In this document: in pieces, positions 46,424 to 55,752 of the stretch
Layout of the letters: each line of letters opens with the position of its first letter
Numbering within the stretch: the first letter of the stretch is position 1
From: a virus
Virus record (IMG/VR): IMGVR_UViG_3300009151_000034
Location: 64,001 to 128,000 of that record
Strand: one strand, 5' to 3'
DNA length: 64,000 bases
Made by a program: the position numbers and the translations under genes
The notes under the pieces: model-generated
Database searches by the model: none
Told to the model about the DNA's origin: nothing
Seen by the model: the letters and a program-made list of their open reading frames with translations, nothing else

Positions 46424-46621
46424 TTAATCTTTCCAGTTACCGATAGGATCAAAACCAGAATACTCACCTAGAAAATGTTTTTTGGCAATTTCTGCTTTTT
46501 CTTTGGTTTCAAATTCTACTACCTTAGAAAATACTATCTGATCATTTTCAATTTGAGTCATACAAACAAAGAACAAACCACTAGCGGTTTCAAAAACATC
46601 AGCGTTACGTTTATCAGCCAT
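46424..46621 (-). CDS. hypothetical protein
   Basis: AAGGAG RBS, TTGACA promoter upstream. Confidence 0.55.
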   Translation of the reverse strand: MADKRNADVFETASGLFFVCMTQIENDQIVFSKVVEFETKEKAEIAKKHFLGEYSGFDPIGNWKD

Positions 46622-46675
46622 GGTATATCTCCTTGATCACATGCATAATATACTACTCAGAAACCTTGGTGTCAA

Positions 46676-47281
46676 CTACTTTTTATTATGATTGACAATT
46701 TTTTTGCCTGGGGTTCCTAACATGATTTTAGTATGCCATGCCCCACCAATCTTACGCTGATAAGAATGATGTTTATATTCTGGATGTGCCATAATTTCGG
46801 GATCATCGTCTGGTGGCCTTCTAATTTCATCATCTGAATCTAAATGATGATGCACATGATGATATGGAACAATATGCTTGGATAGCTTTTCGCTACCAAC
46901 ATGTTTTTTCATACTAGCCAATAAATTAGAAGATTGTTCACCATATGCTCTGCCGGTTGTAAGATCAGCAACAACCATTTTACCTGCTGCTCTTTTGCCT
47001 TCTTTTGAACCATCAGAAGCAACCGCAACCAGTTTACGACCATTCTTATCTTTATATAAGACGGCGGCAGTAATTTTTCCGCCTTCTTTTTTAAGTTTCC
47101 ACATAGGAATATTTTTCTTCATATCTTCTGTGTCATGAAACCCAGAACCATGAATCCCACCGATTTCTTTATATGACTTATCCAACATATCTTTAACATG
47201 CTGGGCGTGTTCTGATTTTCTAGGATCATCGCCTATTAAATTTACAAAACGCTCTGATATGAATTTGGAAAATGAAATCAT
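46676..47281 (-). CDS. His-rich protein with capsid-targeting-like N-terminus
   Basis: MISFSKFISE start with GGAG RBS, CATAAATA upstream. Confidence 0.6.
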   Translation of the reverse strand: MISFSKFISERFVNLIGDDPRKSEHAQHVKDMLDKSYKEIGGIHGSGFHDTEDMKKNIPMWKLKKEGGKITAAVLYKDKNGRKLVAVASDGSKEGKRAAGKMVVADLTTGRAYGEQSSNLLASMKKHVGSEKLSKHIVPYHHVHHHLDSDDEIRRPPDDDPEIMAHPEYKHHSYQRKIGGAWHTKIMLGTPGKKIVNHNKK

Positions 47282-47313
47282 AAAAATACTCCATAGGTTT
47301 TGAGTATTTATGA

Positions 47314-47532
47314 TTAAAGAGGCTTGAGTTCCCATCGGCGTGATACAATTTGGGTCTCTGTAATCCACCGGCAATCAGAAGGTCCATTTTTACCTTCCTG
47401 AACTGTTTTGATGCAAATTTTATTAGAATGCAGACTTCCGACACCAGCAACTACCCATTCATTCCCAAACTTAGAAATAGCGGTGCGTTCGGTGTTGCGC
47501 GTCGGAAGCCAAACTACGAATTGCTTATGCAT
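47314..47532 (-). CDS. early hypothetical protein
   Basis: Own promoter cassette and GGGAG RBS. Confidence 0.5.
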   Translation of the reverse strand: MHKQFVVWLPTRNTERTAISKFGNEWVVAGVGSLHSNKICIKTVQEGKNGPSDCRWITETQIVSRRWELKPL

Positions 47533-47693
47533 TAGGTTATCTCCCTCTCTGATAAAAGCATCTTAACAGAATCGGCAGGGTAGTCAAGATTTATTTTCTA
47601 TCCAGTCATTAATGCGTATTCCAATCTTACACCCAAGGTATCCAAATCCAATCACAACAACTAGATTGATCCAAGGCATTAAGATATTAAGAA

Positions 47694-48017
47694 TCACACA
47701 TTCTCCTTGATGACAAAGGTGGTGCCTCGAATGGTGATACGCTGAACGGTATCAAGATTGATCGAACGCCACGCATTGTTCGCCACATCAAAGACAGGCA
47801 TAAGATGGGGATTATTGGCCTTACGTGTGACCAAAGCAGCCTTAGAAGACTCAGAGGCATCATCACCCTTCAGAAGAGAGTGACCAGCATGGGTTTGCAC
47901 ATTCATAGTCCGAAGAGTGCCATCAGCCTTAATAAAGTCCACCCCAATGAAGGTAGAACCAGCAGACTCGATAAGAGCCTTGATGTTTTCACGGCGAGAT
48001 TCGATTTGGTTGGTCAT
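47694..48017 (-). CDS. SH3/WYL-like fold early protein
   Basis: VDFIKADGTLRTM...VFDVANNAWRSINLD. Confidence 0.65.
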   Translation of the reverse strand: MTNQIESRRENIKALIESAGSTFIGVDFIKADGTLRTMNVQTHAGHSLLKGDDASESSKAALVTRKANNPHLMPVFDVANNAWRSINLDTVQRITIRGTTFVIKENV

Positions 48018-48067
48018 TTTAAACTTCCTTGTATATGTTTTTTGTCTATGAAAGAAACTTAGACGGT

Positions 48068-48355
48068 TTAAGCGAGAATGTCAAGCAATTTCTTGCGTTC
48101 TGCCTGAATATAATTTTCAATGAGCCAAGGAGCCAAGGTAGCACGAACTTGGGTTTCTTTGTTATAATCTTTGAATCCAGTGAGGTAGAACCCCATTGTG
48201 CCACAAAAAGTAGCACCCTCATTTTCAATCGTGCTATACGCCATGCTGACCATATAATCCACAAGAGTTTCTTCTGTGAACCGTTCCTTGGCGTGGGTGT
48301 TGACGATGAGAAGAACGCGGGCGACCTGAGCAAAATCGGTTTTATCATAGTTCAT
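48068..48355 (-). CDS. early hypothetical protein
   Basis: Follows promoter cassette. Confidence 0.6.
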   Translation of the reverse strand: MNYDKTDFAQVARVLLIVNTHAKERFTEETLVDYMVSMAYSTIENEGATFCGTMGFYLTGFKDYNKETQVRATLAPWLIENYIQAERKKLLDILA

Positions 48356-48414
48356 GGAAACTCTCCGGTGTTGATAAAGGCATCATAGCAGATTTCAGCC
48401 GGTTGTCCAGTGTT

Positions 48415-48753
48415 TTATGGGTTGATTGGAGTATCGTAAAACACAGGAACACCTTGACGCTTGCAGTCCACATTAAGTGAAGTTGCCAGTTTAATCGCGG
48501 ATGCCACTTTGGGAGGCACGGTAGTGTATACGTTCCAGGCAGGCACGGCAAGGCCCAAAGACTTGAGGAGTATCACGCGCCAGCGTCCCAATTCATAGGC
48601 ATACGCACGCGCTTTGGTGGGTGCGCCATCCACAAGCGCATAGTCAAAAGGTCGGCCATTGCGGGCATCTTCCCACCCGGCTTGGCAATAAGGAACGCGG
48701 GGATCATTTTTTGCCTTGAGACCGTTGCGGTGAGTGCCAGAAACATTTGACAT
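48415..48753 (-). CDS. early hypothetical protein
   Basis: Follows promoter cassette. Confidence 0.6.
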   Translation of the reverse strand: MSNVSGTHRNGLKAKNDPRVPYCQAGWEDARNGRPFDYALVDGAPTKARAYAYELGRWRVILLKSLGLAVPAWNVYTTVPPKVASAIKLATSLNVDCKRQGVPVFYDTPINP

Positions 48754-48830
48754 GGTGTGGTATCCCTCAGTGATAACGCTTGGTTGATAAAGACATCATA
48801 CTCGATAGGCGCCGCATAGTCAATAGTTTT

Positions 48831-49196
48831 TTAGGCCCCCAACACTTTTTTTATGGGGTGTTCATTATTATATTTGATACCCCAGCGGAAACAATAAAAG
48901 CCCACATCGTCTTTGCAGTCCATCGCATCCATATCCCATGCGAGGGCGGTGGCGTGATCGATGCCATGGTCGTCCATGAGGGCAGCAATATGCGCCTCCC
49001 ATTTAGCCTGGAACACGATCTCGGCTTGCCTCTCTTCCTCAGCGGCACGCTGGGCGGTTTCAATAAACCCATCCCAAGTAGCCTGCAATTCGGCGTCGGT
49101 CATGGCATCATAGTTGAGGCGGAACCGAAACCCATACGCTTCCTTCGACAGATCAGAGATTTCGTTGAGAAGGAATTCGCGGGAGAAAGTGGTCAT
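48831..49196 (-). CDS. early hypothetical protein
   Basis: ISDLSKEAYGFRFR; follows cassette. Confidence 0.65.
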   Translation of the reverse strand: MTTFSREFLLNEISDLSKEAYGFRFRLNYDAMTDAELQATWDGFIETAQRAAEEERQAEIVFQAKWEAHIAALMDDHGIDHATALAWDMDAMDCKDDVGFYCFRWGIKYNNEHPIKKVLGA

Positions 49197-49255
49197 CTGG
49201 TGGTATCCCTCTGTTGATAAAAGCATCATAGCAGAATTATCAGGATAGTCCAGTC

Positions 49256-49456
49256 TTATTTTAGTCCATATTTGATAAAATCCAAAGATGCAAACTCAGC
49301 ACCCTCTTCAGATTTCATATAGCGTTCATCCACCTGCACATCATTTTCGAACATGGTGACGATGTAGATCATCTTGGTGGTGTGGGTGTCATAGTCACCA
49401 TAGCAGGCATCTTCGTCATAGGTGTCAACGTCGATCACTGTGCGGCGGTTCGTCAT
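49256..49456 (-). CDS. early hypothetical protein
   Basis: Follows cassette. Confidence 0.55.
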   Translation of the reverse strand: MTNRRTVIDVDTYDEDACYGDYDTHTTKMIYIVTMFENDVQVDERYMKSEEGAEFASLDFIKYGLK

Positions 49457-49506
49457 GTGGCTATCTCCTGTCTATGAAAAGAATATAGCGCATTCACAAA
49501 TTAGAG

Positions 49507-49953
49507 TCAAGAATTTTTTTCAGCCTCGACGCAGAATTCTTCACGACTGCCACGGCTCAACTCAGACCAGGGCAAAAAATTGAGCAAAGATTTGGCATGA
49601 AGAGCACGACCAGCAGTTTCACGGTCAGACATTACCACGATGGTTTTTGAAGAAGTAGGTGCAGGAATGGGCGCAGGAGTAGCCGCAGGCTTGATAGGTT
49701 CCATAATTCGCGCAACAGGAACCGTTGCCACCACAGGCATCACAGCAGTCTCCACCAGAGATGCGCGGAAAGCCTGCATTTCCGCCTTAGTGCGGCGATT
49801 ACGTTTGGTTGCAGTCTTAGCAGTCTTAGCAGTCTTAGCAGTCTTAGCAGTCTTAGCAGTCTTAGCAGAAGTTACAGGAGCCTTAGCTGCCTGCATTTCA
49901 ATCTTAGTCCGACGACGCGCACGCTGACCATTGGAAGCAACACCACGAGGCAT
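49507..49953 (-). CDS. basic protein with (AKT)6 repeat and duplicated RRTK.EMQA motif
   Basis: 9-bp repeat 49811-49864. Confidence 0.6.
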   Translation of the reverse strand: MPRGVASNGQRARRRTKIEMQAAKAPVTSAKTAKTAKTAKTAKTAKTATKRNRRTKAEMQAFRASLVETAVMPVVATVPVARIMEPIKPAATPAPIPAPTSSKTIVVMSDRETAGRALHAKSLLNFLPWSELSRGSREEFCVEAEKNS

Positions 49954-50004
49954 GTAGGTATCTCCGTTCTTGATAAAGGCATCTTAGCAGGTTTTGGGCG
50001 AATG

Positions 50005-50268
50005 TCAATCAAAAACTTTGACCACATGAACACCCTCGCAGCGATAAACTACTTCGCCGCGAATCGAAAAGGTATCACCATCCTTAAGGTCATTGCAAGT
50101 CTGAAATTCATCATACAGAGCACAATGCATAGCCTTGCCATTCCTACCGATTGTATCCACATCTCCTTCAGGATGCCGAATGAGCAAAAGAGTGTTGGTT
50201 TCACCCAACCACGTCTTAAGGCCCTTAATGTAATAAGAACCATTTTCTTTGACGAGTTCGTAGTTCAT
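50005..50268 (-). CDS. early hypothetical protein
   Basis: Follows cassette. Confidence 0.6.
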   Translation of the reverse strand: MNYELVKENGSYYIKGLKTWLGETNTLLLIRHPEGDVDTIGRNGKAMHCALYDEFQTCNDLKDGDTFSIRGEVVYRCEGVHVVKVFD

Positions 50269-50332
50269 GTCTGTAGGTATCCCTTGTTGGTAGAAGCATC
50301 ATACTCGAAGGCACCGGGATAGTCAAGTCTTT

Positions 50333-50578
50333 CTATTGAGGTTTAGAAAATACCATTCCGATATTTTTTCCCCAATTTTTCGCAACCCACTTCTGCAACA
50401 CGGTTTTGGCGTCAGTGCCTTCAACCCAGACAGCTTTGCCACGCCACATAGAATGCGTGACGCCCATTTTGCCCCGGAAAGCAGGCTTGTCAGACGTAAG
50501 CACTTCGAAATGGTGGCTGCCAAACGCATTACCGTTGGCGATGGTGAAGTTGAAGTGCGCGCGGTTGGTGATGGCCAT
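50333..50578 (-). CDS. early hypothetical protein
   Basis: Follows cassette. Confidence 0.6.
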   Translation of the reverse strand: MAITNRAHFNFTIANGNAFGSHHFEVLTSDKPAFRGKMGVTHSMWRGKAVWVEGTDAKTVLQKWVAKNWGKNIGMVFSKPQ

Positions 50579-50647
50579 GACTCAATCTCCTGTTGGTAGA
50601 AGCATCATACTCGAAGGCACAGCATACACAAGTCTTATTTTGTATTA

Positions 50648-50962
50648 TTAGAAATTATAATCGTAAAATTTACGAGGTTTGTCAGCAAGTTTGTAGCGAT
50701 TGCCGTTCGAGTCTTGCCAGCGCCCATCTTTATTAAGGCGGATGCGGATGGTGCGATAAGTTTGATTGCTGGTGATAGTCCATTCTTGATCATTCTGGCG
50801 CAAAAAATGCCCAAAGAAACCACCGGGAGCAAAACCAAGTTTATTTTCGGAATTGGAACGAACCGCATCCATCTCACGGATTTCGAGGGTCTTGTCGCTG
50901 ACCCTGCGGATGATTTCATAGGGGTTGATATCGCTGTAGCCGGTATGGTTGGCGTAGTTCAT
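50648..50962 (-). CDS. early hypothetical protein
   Basis: MNYANHTGYSDINPYE...PRKFYDYNF; follows cassette. Confidence 0.65.
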   Translation of the reverse strand: MNYANHTGYSDINPYEIIRRVSDKTLEIREMDAVRSNSENKLGFAPGGFFGHFLRQNDQEWTITSNQTYRTIRIRLNKDGRWQDSNGNRYKLADKPRKFYDYNF

Positions 50963-51018
50963 GTCGTCATCTCCTGTTGGTAGAAGCATCATATCAGAAA
51001 CCACAGCATATGCAAGTC

Positions 51019-51213
51019 TTATTTTGTATTATTAATAAGTGCGTCGGTAACAGAGGCGATTTTAGGAATGCATTTGTCGGCGTAATGTTCATTGAGTTGC
51101 GCGCAGTATTCTTCGGCTTGTTTGTATGTGGCGAAGGTTCCCTGGGCGCGGTGTTCGATGGTGCCTTCATGGAGGTCTTCGATGACGAGGCGGATGGTGT
51201 TTTTGAAGCGCAT
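51019..51213 (-). CDS. early hypothetical protein
   Basis: Follows cassette; ends NNTK inside next cassette. Confidence 0.55.
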   Translation of the reverse strand: MRFKNTIRLVIEDLHEGTIEHRAQGTFATYKQAEEYCAQLNEHYADKCIPKIASVTDALINNTK

Positions 51214-51296
51214 GTCGTGGTATCCCTTGGCTGATGTAAGGATCATATACTAGGTCGTCATCGAGGTCAACACTTATTTTGTATCATTTTATCCTA

Positions 51297-51635
51297 TTAC
51301 ATCATGGCATCTGCACGTTCACGCTCTGCAATGTAAGGTTCTTCGTCTTGATATGCTTTAGAACCGTAAACAATGCGATCATTCCAGAAATTGAGGTCAA
51401 GTGCTTTTATGCCATCTTTTTCAATTTTATTACGCACTTTGTTAAAAAGAACCTGACAAGCATCATATCCTTCAGCGGTATATGGGAATGCGTGGCGGTG
51501 GGTGTATTCGATACCGTAATCATCATTCACGGTGATACGATAGCAGGGATCATATCGATAGCGGCGTTCACCATCCTCATGATTGACCCAGGTGTTGACG
51601 ATTTCATCTTTGCCGAAGTCTACGACCAATGCCAT
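51297..51635 (-). CDS. early hypothetical protein
   Basis: Follows cassette; VYGSKAYQ motif. Confidence 0.6.
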   Translation of the reverse strand: MALVVDFGKDEIVNTWVNHEDGERRYRYDPCYRITVNDDYGIEYTHRHAFPYTAEGYDACQVLFNKVRNKIEKDGIKALDLNFWNDRIVYGSKAYQDEEPYIAERERADAMM

Positions 51636-51701
51636 GTCTTAATCTCCTGTTGGTAGAAGCATCATAGCATCATTCACAGCATACACAAGTCTTATTTTGT
51701 A

Positions 51702-51875
51702 TTAAGATGTTATATTTCCGGTTGAAGGGTCGATCTCATATTCACCACAAAATATCTTATATGGTATCGAACCGTCATCGTTCCGCCATTGAAAATAATA
51801 GGATTTCTGTGCCTTGGTGAAACTATCAAAAGATTGCTGAATACCGTTGTCATCATGTATCAGATCATACGTCAT
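51702..51875 (-). CDS. early hypothetical protein (57 aa, not in track)
   Basis: Manual translation MTYDLIHDDNG...; follows cassette. Confidence 0.5.
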   Translation of the reverse strand: MTYDLIHDDNGIQQSFDSFTKAQKSYYFQWRNDDGSIPYKIFCGEYEIDPSTGNITS

Positions 51876-51931
51876 GAATCAATCTCCTGTTTATAGAAGC
51901 ATCATATCAGGAACCACAGCATACACAAGTC

Positions 51932-52168
51932 TTATTTTGTATCATTATATTCATAGTTGACTTTAATTTGCCCGATCACTTTAAACAAATCATTAAAAGC
52001 GATTTCTTTTGTATCAAACCCATCGCTGTTGTCTTTATTTGTTTCAATAACGTCAAGCATCTCGTCACGCACTTCCCAATAGAACCTCTTGCCAATCTGC
52101 ATCACATTAAACTGCAATTGTATACCTTGAGCCATATCTCTACATTCCTTTACGTATTCACTCAACAC
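51932..52168 (-). CDS. hypothetical protein
   Basis: Ends NDTK inside next cassette. Confidence 0.5.
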   Translation of the reverse strand: MLSEYVKECRDMAQGIQLQFNVMQIGKRFYWEVRDEMLDVIETNKDNSDGFDTKEIAFNDLFKVIGQIKVNYEYNDTK

Positions 52169-52314
52169 CCATATAAGAACACATTATCCACATATTGTCA
52201 AATCATATCATATCAACCCAGCCATGATTTTTTTGCATAGATATATGACATTTCCTCATTGACAGAATTTTGAACCCCTGTATAATAGCTGATGTTAAAC
52301 AGGAGTATGCCTAA

Positions 52315-52809
52315 ATGCTAATCGATTTTGACGGTTCACCTAATAAAGTTGATCTAAATGAAATTCATGACGCACTTGAGTTTTATGCAGAAATTTTGTT
52401 GGGCAAACGTCTTTCAAAAAATATCAAGTTGAATGTGACTTTTGTTCCTAACTTGATGAAACGACGCCAGACTGAAGCTGATTGTAATTTTGAAGATGAA
52501 GATGCAAAAGTTCATCGTGAATTTACCATCAACATCGATTCGGGGTTCAGCCGTCCTAAAACTCTGCAATGTCTGGCTCATGAGATGGTCCATGTCAAAC
52601 AAATGTCAAAAGGTGAATTGACTATCGCTTATGTCAAAGGTAGGGGTCATCTCAACCGCTGGAAAAATACCCTTGTTGACGAAAACAAAATCGGATATTG
52701 GGATGTGCCTTGGGAAATAGAGGCTTATGGAAGGGAGTTGGGTTTATATGTGCGCTACGATCAAGACAAAAAAGAAAAATCCGCCAAAGCCAAAAAACTT
52801 GGTGGCTAA
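52315..52809 (+). CDS. HEXXH zinc metallopeptidase-like protein
   Basis: LAHEMVHVKQ, YWDVPWEIEAY; TTGACA-17-TATAAT upstream. Confidence 0.8.
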   Translation: MLIDFDGSPNKVDLNEIHDALEFYAEILLGKRLSKNIKLNVTFVPNLMKRRQTEADCNFEDEDAKVHREFTINIDSGFSRPKTLQCLAHEMVHVKQMSKGELTIAYVKGRGHLNRWKNTLVDENKIGYWDVPWEIEAYGRELGLYVRYDQDKKEKSAKAKKLGG

Positions 52810-52883
52810 GGTCTTATCGTCACCACTTTTCCGCAAACGTGTTGTGGAATCGAAGGTTATCTATAAAAGAGTTAAGAAGGTAT

Positions 52884-53324
52884 ATGACCACGATGTATGA
52901 GCCACCTCATTATTTTAATATCTTGGCAAAATTGGCGTCTTCAATGACGAAGGTGGCCAATGCCAGGATTTGCGCTTGCATTGTTCATAAAAACAGTATT
53001 GCATCGTTTGGAATGAATCAGCTAAAAAGCCACCCGTTCCAGGCAAAATTTAGCACCAACAAAGATTCAATTTTTCTGCACGCTGAAGTTGATGCTATTA
53101 AAAATGCTCTTAAGTATCTTAGCGTAGACGACCTAAGAAAAAGCACCCTTTATATCTGCCGCATAAAAACGGTAGAAAACAAAGAGTGCTGGGGATTGTC
53201 TAGACCTTGTGAAGGTTGCGCCAGAGCAATTGCTACATTCGATCTTCGTGCGGTGTATTACTCAAACGATTATTCGGCAAAACAGAAGGTGAATTCATAT
53301 CAATCATATAGAGTTGTTTCTTAA
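52884..53324 (+). CDS. zinc-dependent nucleoside/nucleotide deaminase
   Basis: HAEVDAI and SRPCEGC. Confidence 0.85.
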   Translation: MTTMYEPPHYFNILAKLASSMTKVANARICACIVHKNSIASFGMNQLKSHPFQAKFSTNKDSIFLHAEVDAIKNALKYLSVDDLRKSTLYICRIKTVENKECWGLSRPCEGCARAIATFDLRAVYYSNDYSAKQKVNSYQSYRVVS

Positions 53325-53461
53325 GTTTTTCTGCTAGTGGTTTGTATTGTGTTTCCGTTCGATCATGCAAAGTTCTATAATCAAATCTTCTTTTATCATC
53401 GTCCAGATCAATCATGGTCTGGACGAATTTTTGTATGGTATCGAATAGTTCCTCAACTTCT

Positions 53462-53866
53462 TTAGTATTCATCTCTGGCTTCCTTAACATCATCATCATT
53501 TGGTGGTGTGTCAACTATTACATACTGAGCACGTGTATCCATAAAAGGATATGCTTCTAGAATTTTACGGACTTCCATTAATTTTTTAATCGAAGCATTG
53601 ATGCTATTTTGAACCGTGGCATCATTCGTGCCATCTTTAAGATCAGTTAATGCACCGTCTAGATTACTATCAACGCTATAATCTACATGGAATATCATAC
53701 CTTCCGGTGTTGATTCCGTAGAAAAAGGCGGAAAAAGAAGTTGTTCAATTTGAGCTAACTTTTTTTCCGCCTCATTTTTACGTTCTTCAGGAGACTTCTT
53801 TTTTTTCCAAAACCACATTATGTATGTCTCTTTTTTCCTATTGTATATTTTGTTACAAGTTCCCAA
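53462..53866 (-). CDS. hypothetical protein (start probably near 53818)
   Basis: ORF downstream of regA. Confidence 0.5.
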   Translation of the reverse strand: MGTCNKIYNRKKETYIMWFWKKKKSPEERKNEAEKKLAQIEQLLFPPFSTESTPEGMIFHVDYSVDSNLDGALTDLKDGTNDATVQNSINASIKKLMEVRKILEAYPFMDTRAQYVIVDTPPNDDDVKEARDEY

Positions 53867-54219
53867 TCAAATTTTTCTTTGTGGGAAATAATTTTAATTT
53901 GATTCATGGGAGCTTTAGGTTCTTGGTGCTGCTGTTTGTTGACGATCTGGACTAGATTCCAATCTTCCAACAGTCCTGCAATAGCATTACGTCTGCCTTT
54001 ATCTTCTTCGGAAAAATCTGTAGGTTTCCCATCAAGAGCAAAAAGTTCTTTAAAGTGAACGATGAAATAATTTCCTTGTTTATGAAGAATATGGCAAGAT
54101 TGGAATATTTTTTTATCTTTGCGTGAAGCTACACCAATTCGTGTCAATGTTTCCTTAACTTTAAGGAAATCTTCTTCACTAGTTAGTTTTACCTCCAAAA
54201 ATGTTTCTGTTAGTAGCAT
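53818..54219 (-). CDS. regA: translational repressor RegA
   Basis: DFLKVKETLTRIGVAS, QSCHILHKQG.YFIVHFKELF. Confidence 0.96.
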   Translation of the reverse strand: MLLTETFLEVKLTSEEDFLKVKETLTRIGVASRKDKKIFQSCHILHKQGNYFIVHFKELFALDGKPTDFSEEDKGRRNAIAGLLEDWNLVQIVNKQQHQEPKAPMNQIKIISHKEKFDWELVTKYTIGKKRHT

Positions 54220-54246
54220 GACTTTTATACCTCATAATGTTCTCCA

Positions 54247-54714
54247 CTACTTGTATTTTATTGGAGATTTGATATCTGGTGATAAAAATTTAGCTATGAT
54301 TTCTGTCTTTTGCTTGTCGGATAAAATCTTCCAGGCAATTTTTGCTTTTGATAACGATAAATCTTCCAGCATAGCTAAACTTTCGATGTATTTATCGTCT
54401 TTGGTTTTTTGCTTCTTTTCCCAATTTTTATAACGGCGATCTTGTGGAAGACTATAAAAATAAAAATCATATTGCATTTTTGGATCGATGCCTGGATAAA
54501 AATTCATACTCTCGGCAAGATGCAAATATTCTGGGAAGGATGAGATAGCCTTGTTTACGATCCAGGGAACATATTCTTTGGCAGTATCCTCAACATACAT
54601 ATAATTCTTATGATTTTTAATTGAGTTGATCATAGTCCATACATCAACCCGTGGTTTAACTTCGATCTTTTCTTCTAGAATTTCTTCTGGTCCAAACAAA
54701 GTTTCACGGATCAT
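54247..54714 (-). CDS. 62: clamp loader small subunit
   Basis: YVPWIVNKAIS, MQYDFY; synteny 45-44-62-regA. Confidence 0.85.
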   Translation of the reverse strand: MIRETLFGPEEILEEKIEVKPRVDVWTMINSIKNHKNYMYVEDTAKEYVPWIVNKAISSFPEYLHLAESMNFYPGIDPKMQYDFYFYSLPQDRRYKNWEKKQKTKDDKYIESLAMLEDLSLSKAKIAWKILSDKQKTEIIAKFLSPDIKSPIKYK

Positions 54715-55661
54715 AGGTATTCACACTCTCGGATGATCTCAACAAAAAACGATAGAAGATTAATTTCTGGATTGGCAACAAAGCTGCCCTTGAATTGATA
54801 CTCTGCAATCTTCATGACCAGAATAGGAATGGATGACTTCGCAAAAGAAGAATCTGCATATTCATAAATCAAACGAAACAAATCATTTTGGTCAGTCTCT
54901 GGATTCTCTGCCAGCCACTTACGCAGAGAATCAAATTGCTTGTTCTTGCATAGCTTAATAATTTCTTTAACCGGAAGTTCTTCAAACTCAGAAAGAATAC
55001 CAGTATCAATCACACCATGAGCAGAATACTTTTGTAGTTCATTTAGAACACGTCGCCAATCAGGAAAATGGCTGCTAATAACGGCAGCAATAACCTTCTT
55101 ATCATACTTGATGTTTTCACTGGTAAGGATAAAATCAACTCGCTTCATGAACTGTGAAGCAAGCTTTGGCATTTCTTCCTTGCCAATTTTGAATTCAATC
55201 ACAGGCGCACGAGAATGTAGGGCTGGAATAATACGGTGTTTCTTGTTACAAGTCAAAATGAAACCGCAGTTACTTGAAAACTCTTCCATGAAATTACGAA
55301 GAGCGGGCTGGGTAGAATTAGCATTAAGATAATCTGCCTCGTCAAGAATAACATACTTACGCTTTCCACTGAAAGACATACCAGACGCATAATCTGAAAT
55401 TTCGTTACGAAGCGTATCAATATTACCGTTCATCGATCCGTTGATGATGATATAATCATTACCAATTTCTTCAAGCAAAGCACGAGCCACGGTTGTTTTA
55501 CCAACACCAGGACTGCCATCTAAAATCATGTTAGGAACATTACCCTGGTCCACATAATTTTGAAACATAGACTTTAGTGAAGCAGGAAGAATAGTATCCG
55601 CGATCTTTTGAGGACGATATTTCTCAACCCAAAGATATTGTTCAAGCATTACTTTCTCCAA
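54711..55661 (-). CDS. 44: clamp loader AAA+ subunit
   Basis: LWVEKYRP, GVGKTT, ILDEADY. Confidence 0.95.
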   Translation of the reverse strand: MEKVMLEQYLWVEKYRPQKIADTILPASLKSMFQNYVDQGNVPNMILDGSPGVGKTTVARALLEEIGNDYIIINGSMNGNIDTLRNEISDYASGMSFSGKRKYVILDEADYLNANSTQPALRNFMEEFSSNCGFILTCNKKHRIIPALHSRAPVIEFKIGKEEMPKLASQFMKRVDFILTSENIKYDKKVIAAVISSHFPDWRRVLNELQKYSAHGVIDTGILSEFEELPVKEIIKLCKNKQFDSLRKWLAENPETDQNDLFRLIYEYADSSFAKSSIPILVMKIAEYQFKGSFVANPEINLLSFFVEIIRECEYL

Positions 55662-55752
55662 TTACATAATATAAAAAACTTACTAGGAGGGAAGATTAAT
55701 CGATAGTTTTGATAAATCTTTCCGCCTAGTAAGATATAGCAGATAAACGATA

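Larger units (their letters stand above)
47540..51925 (-). promoter_or_regulatory. about 13 related early promoter/RBS cassettes, one per gene
   Basis: AAAATAAGAC-TTG(AC/TG)-N16/17-TATGAT-GCTT(C/T)TA(C/T)CAACAGGAGA consensus. Confidence 0.85.
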
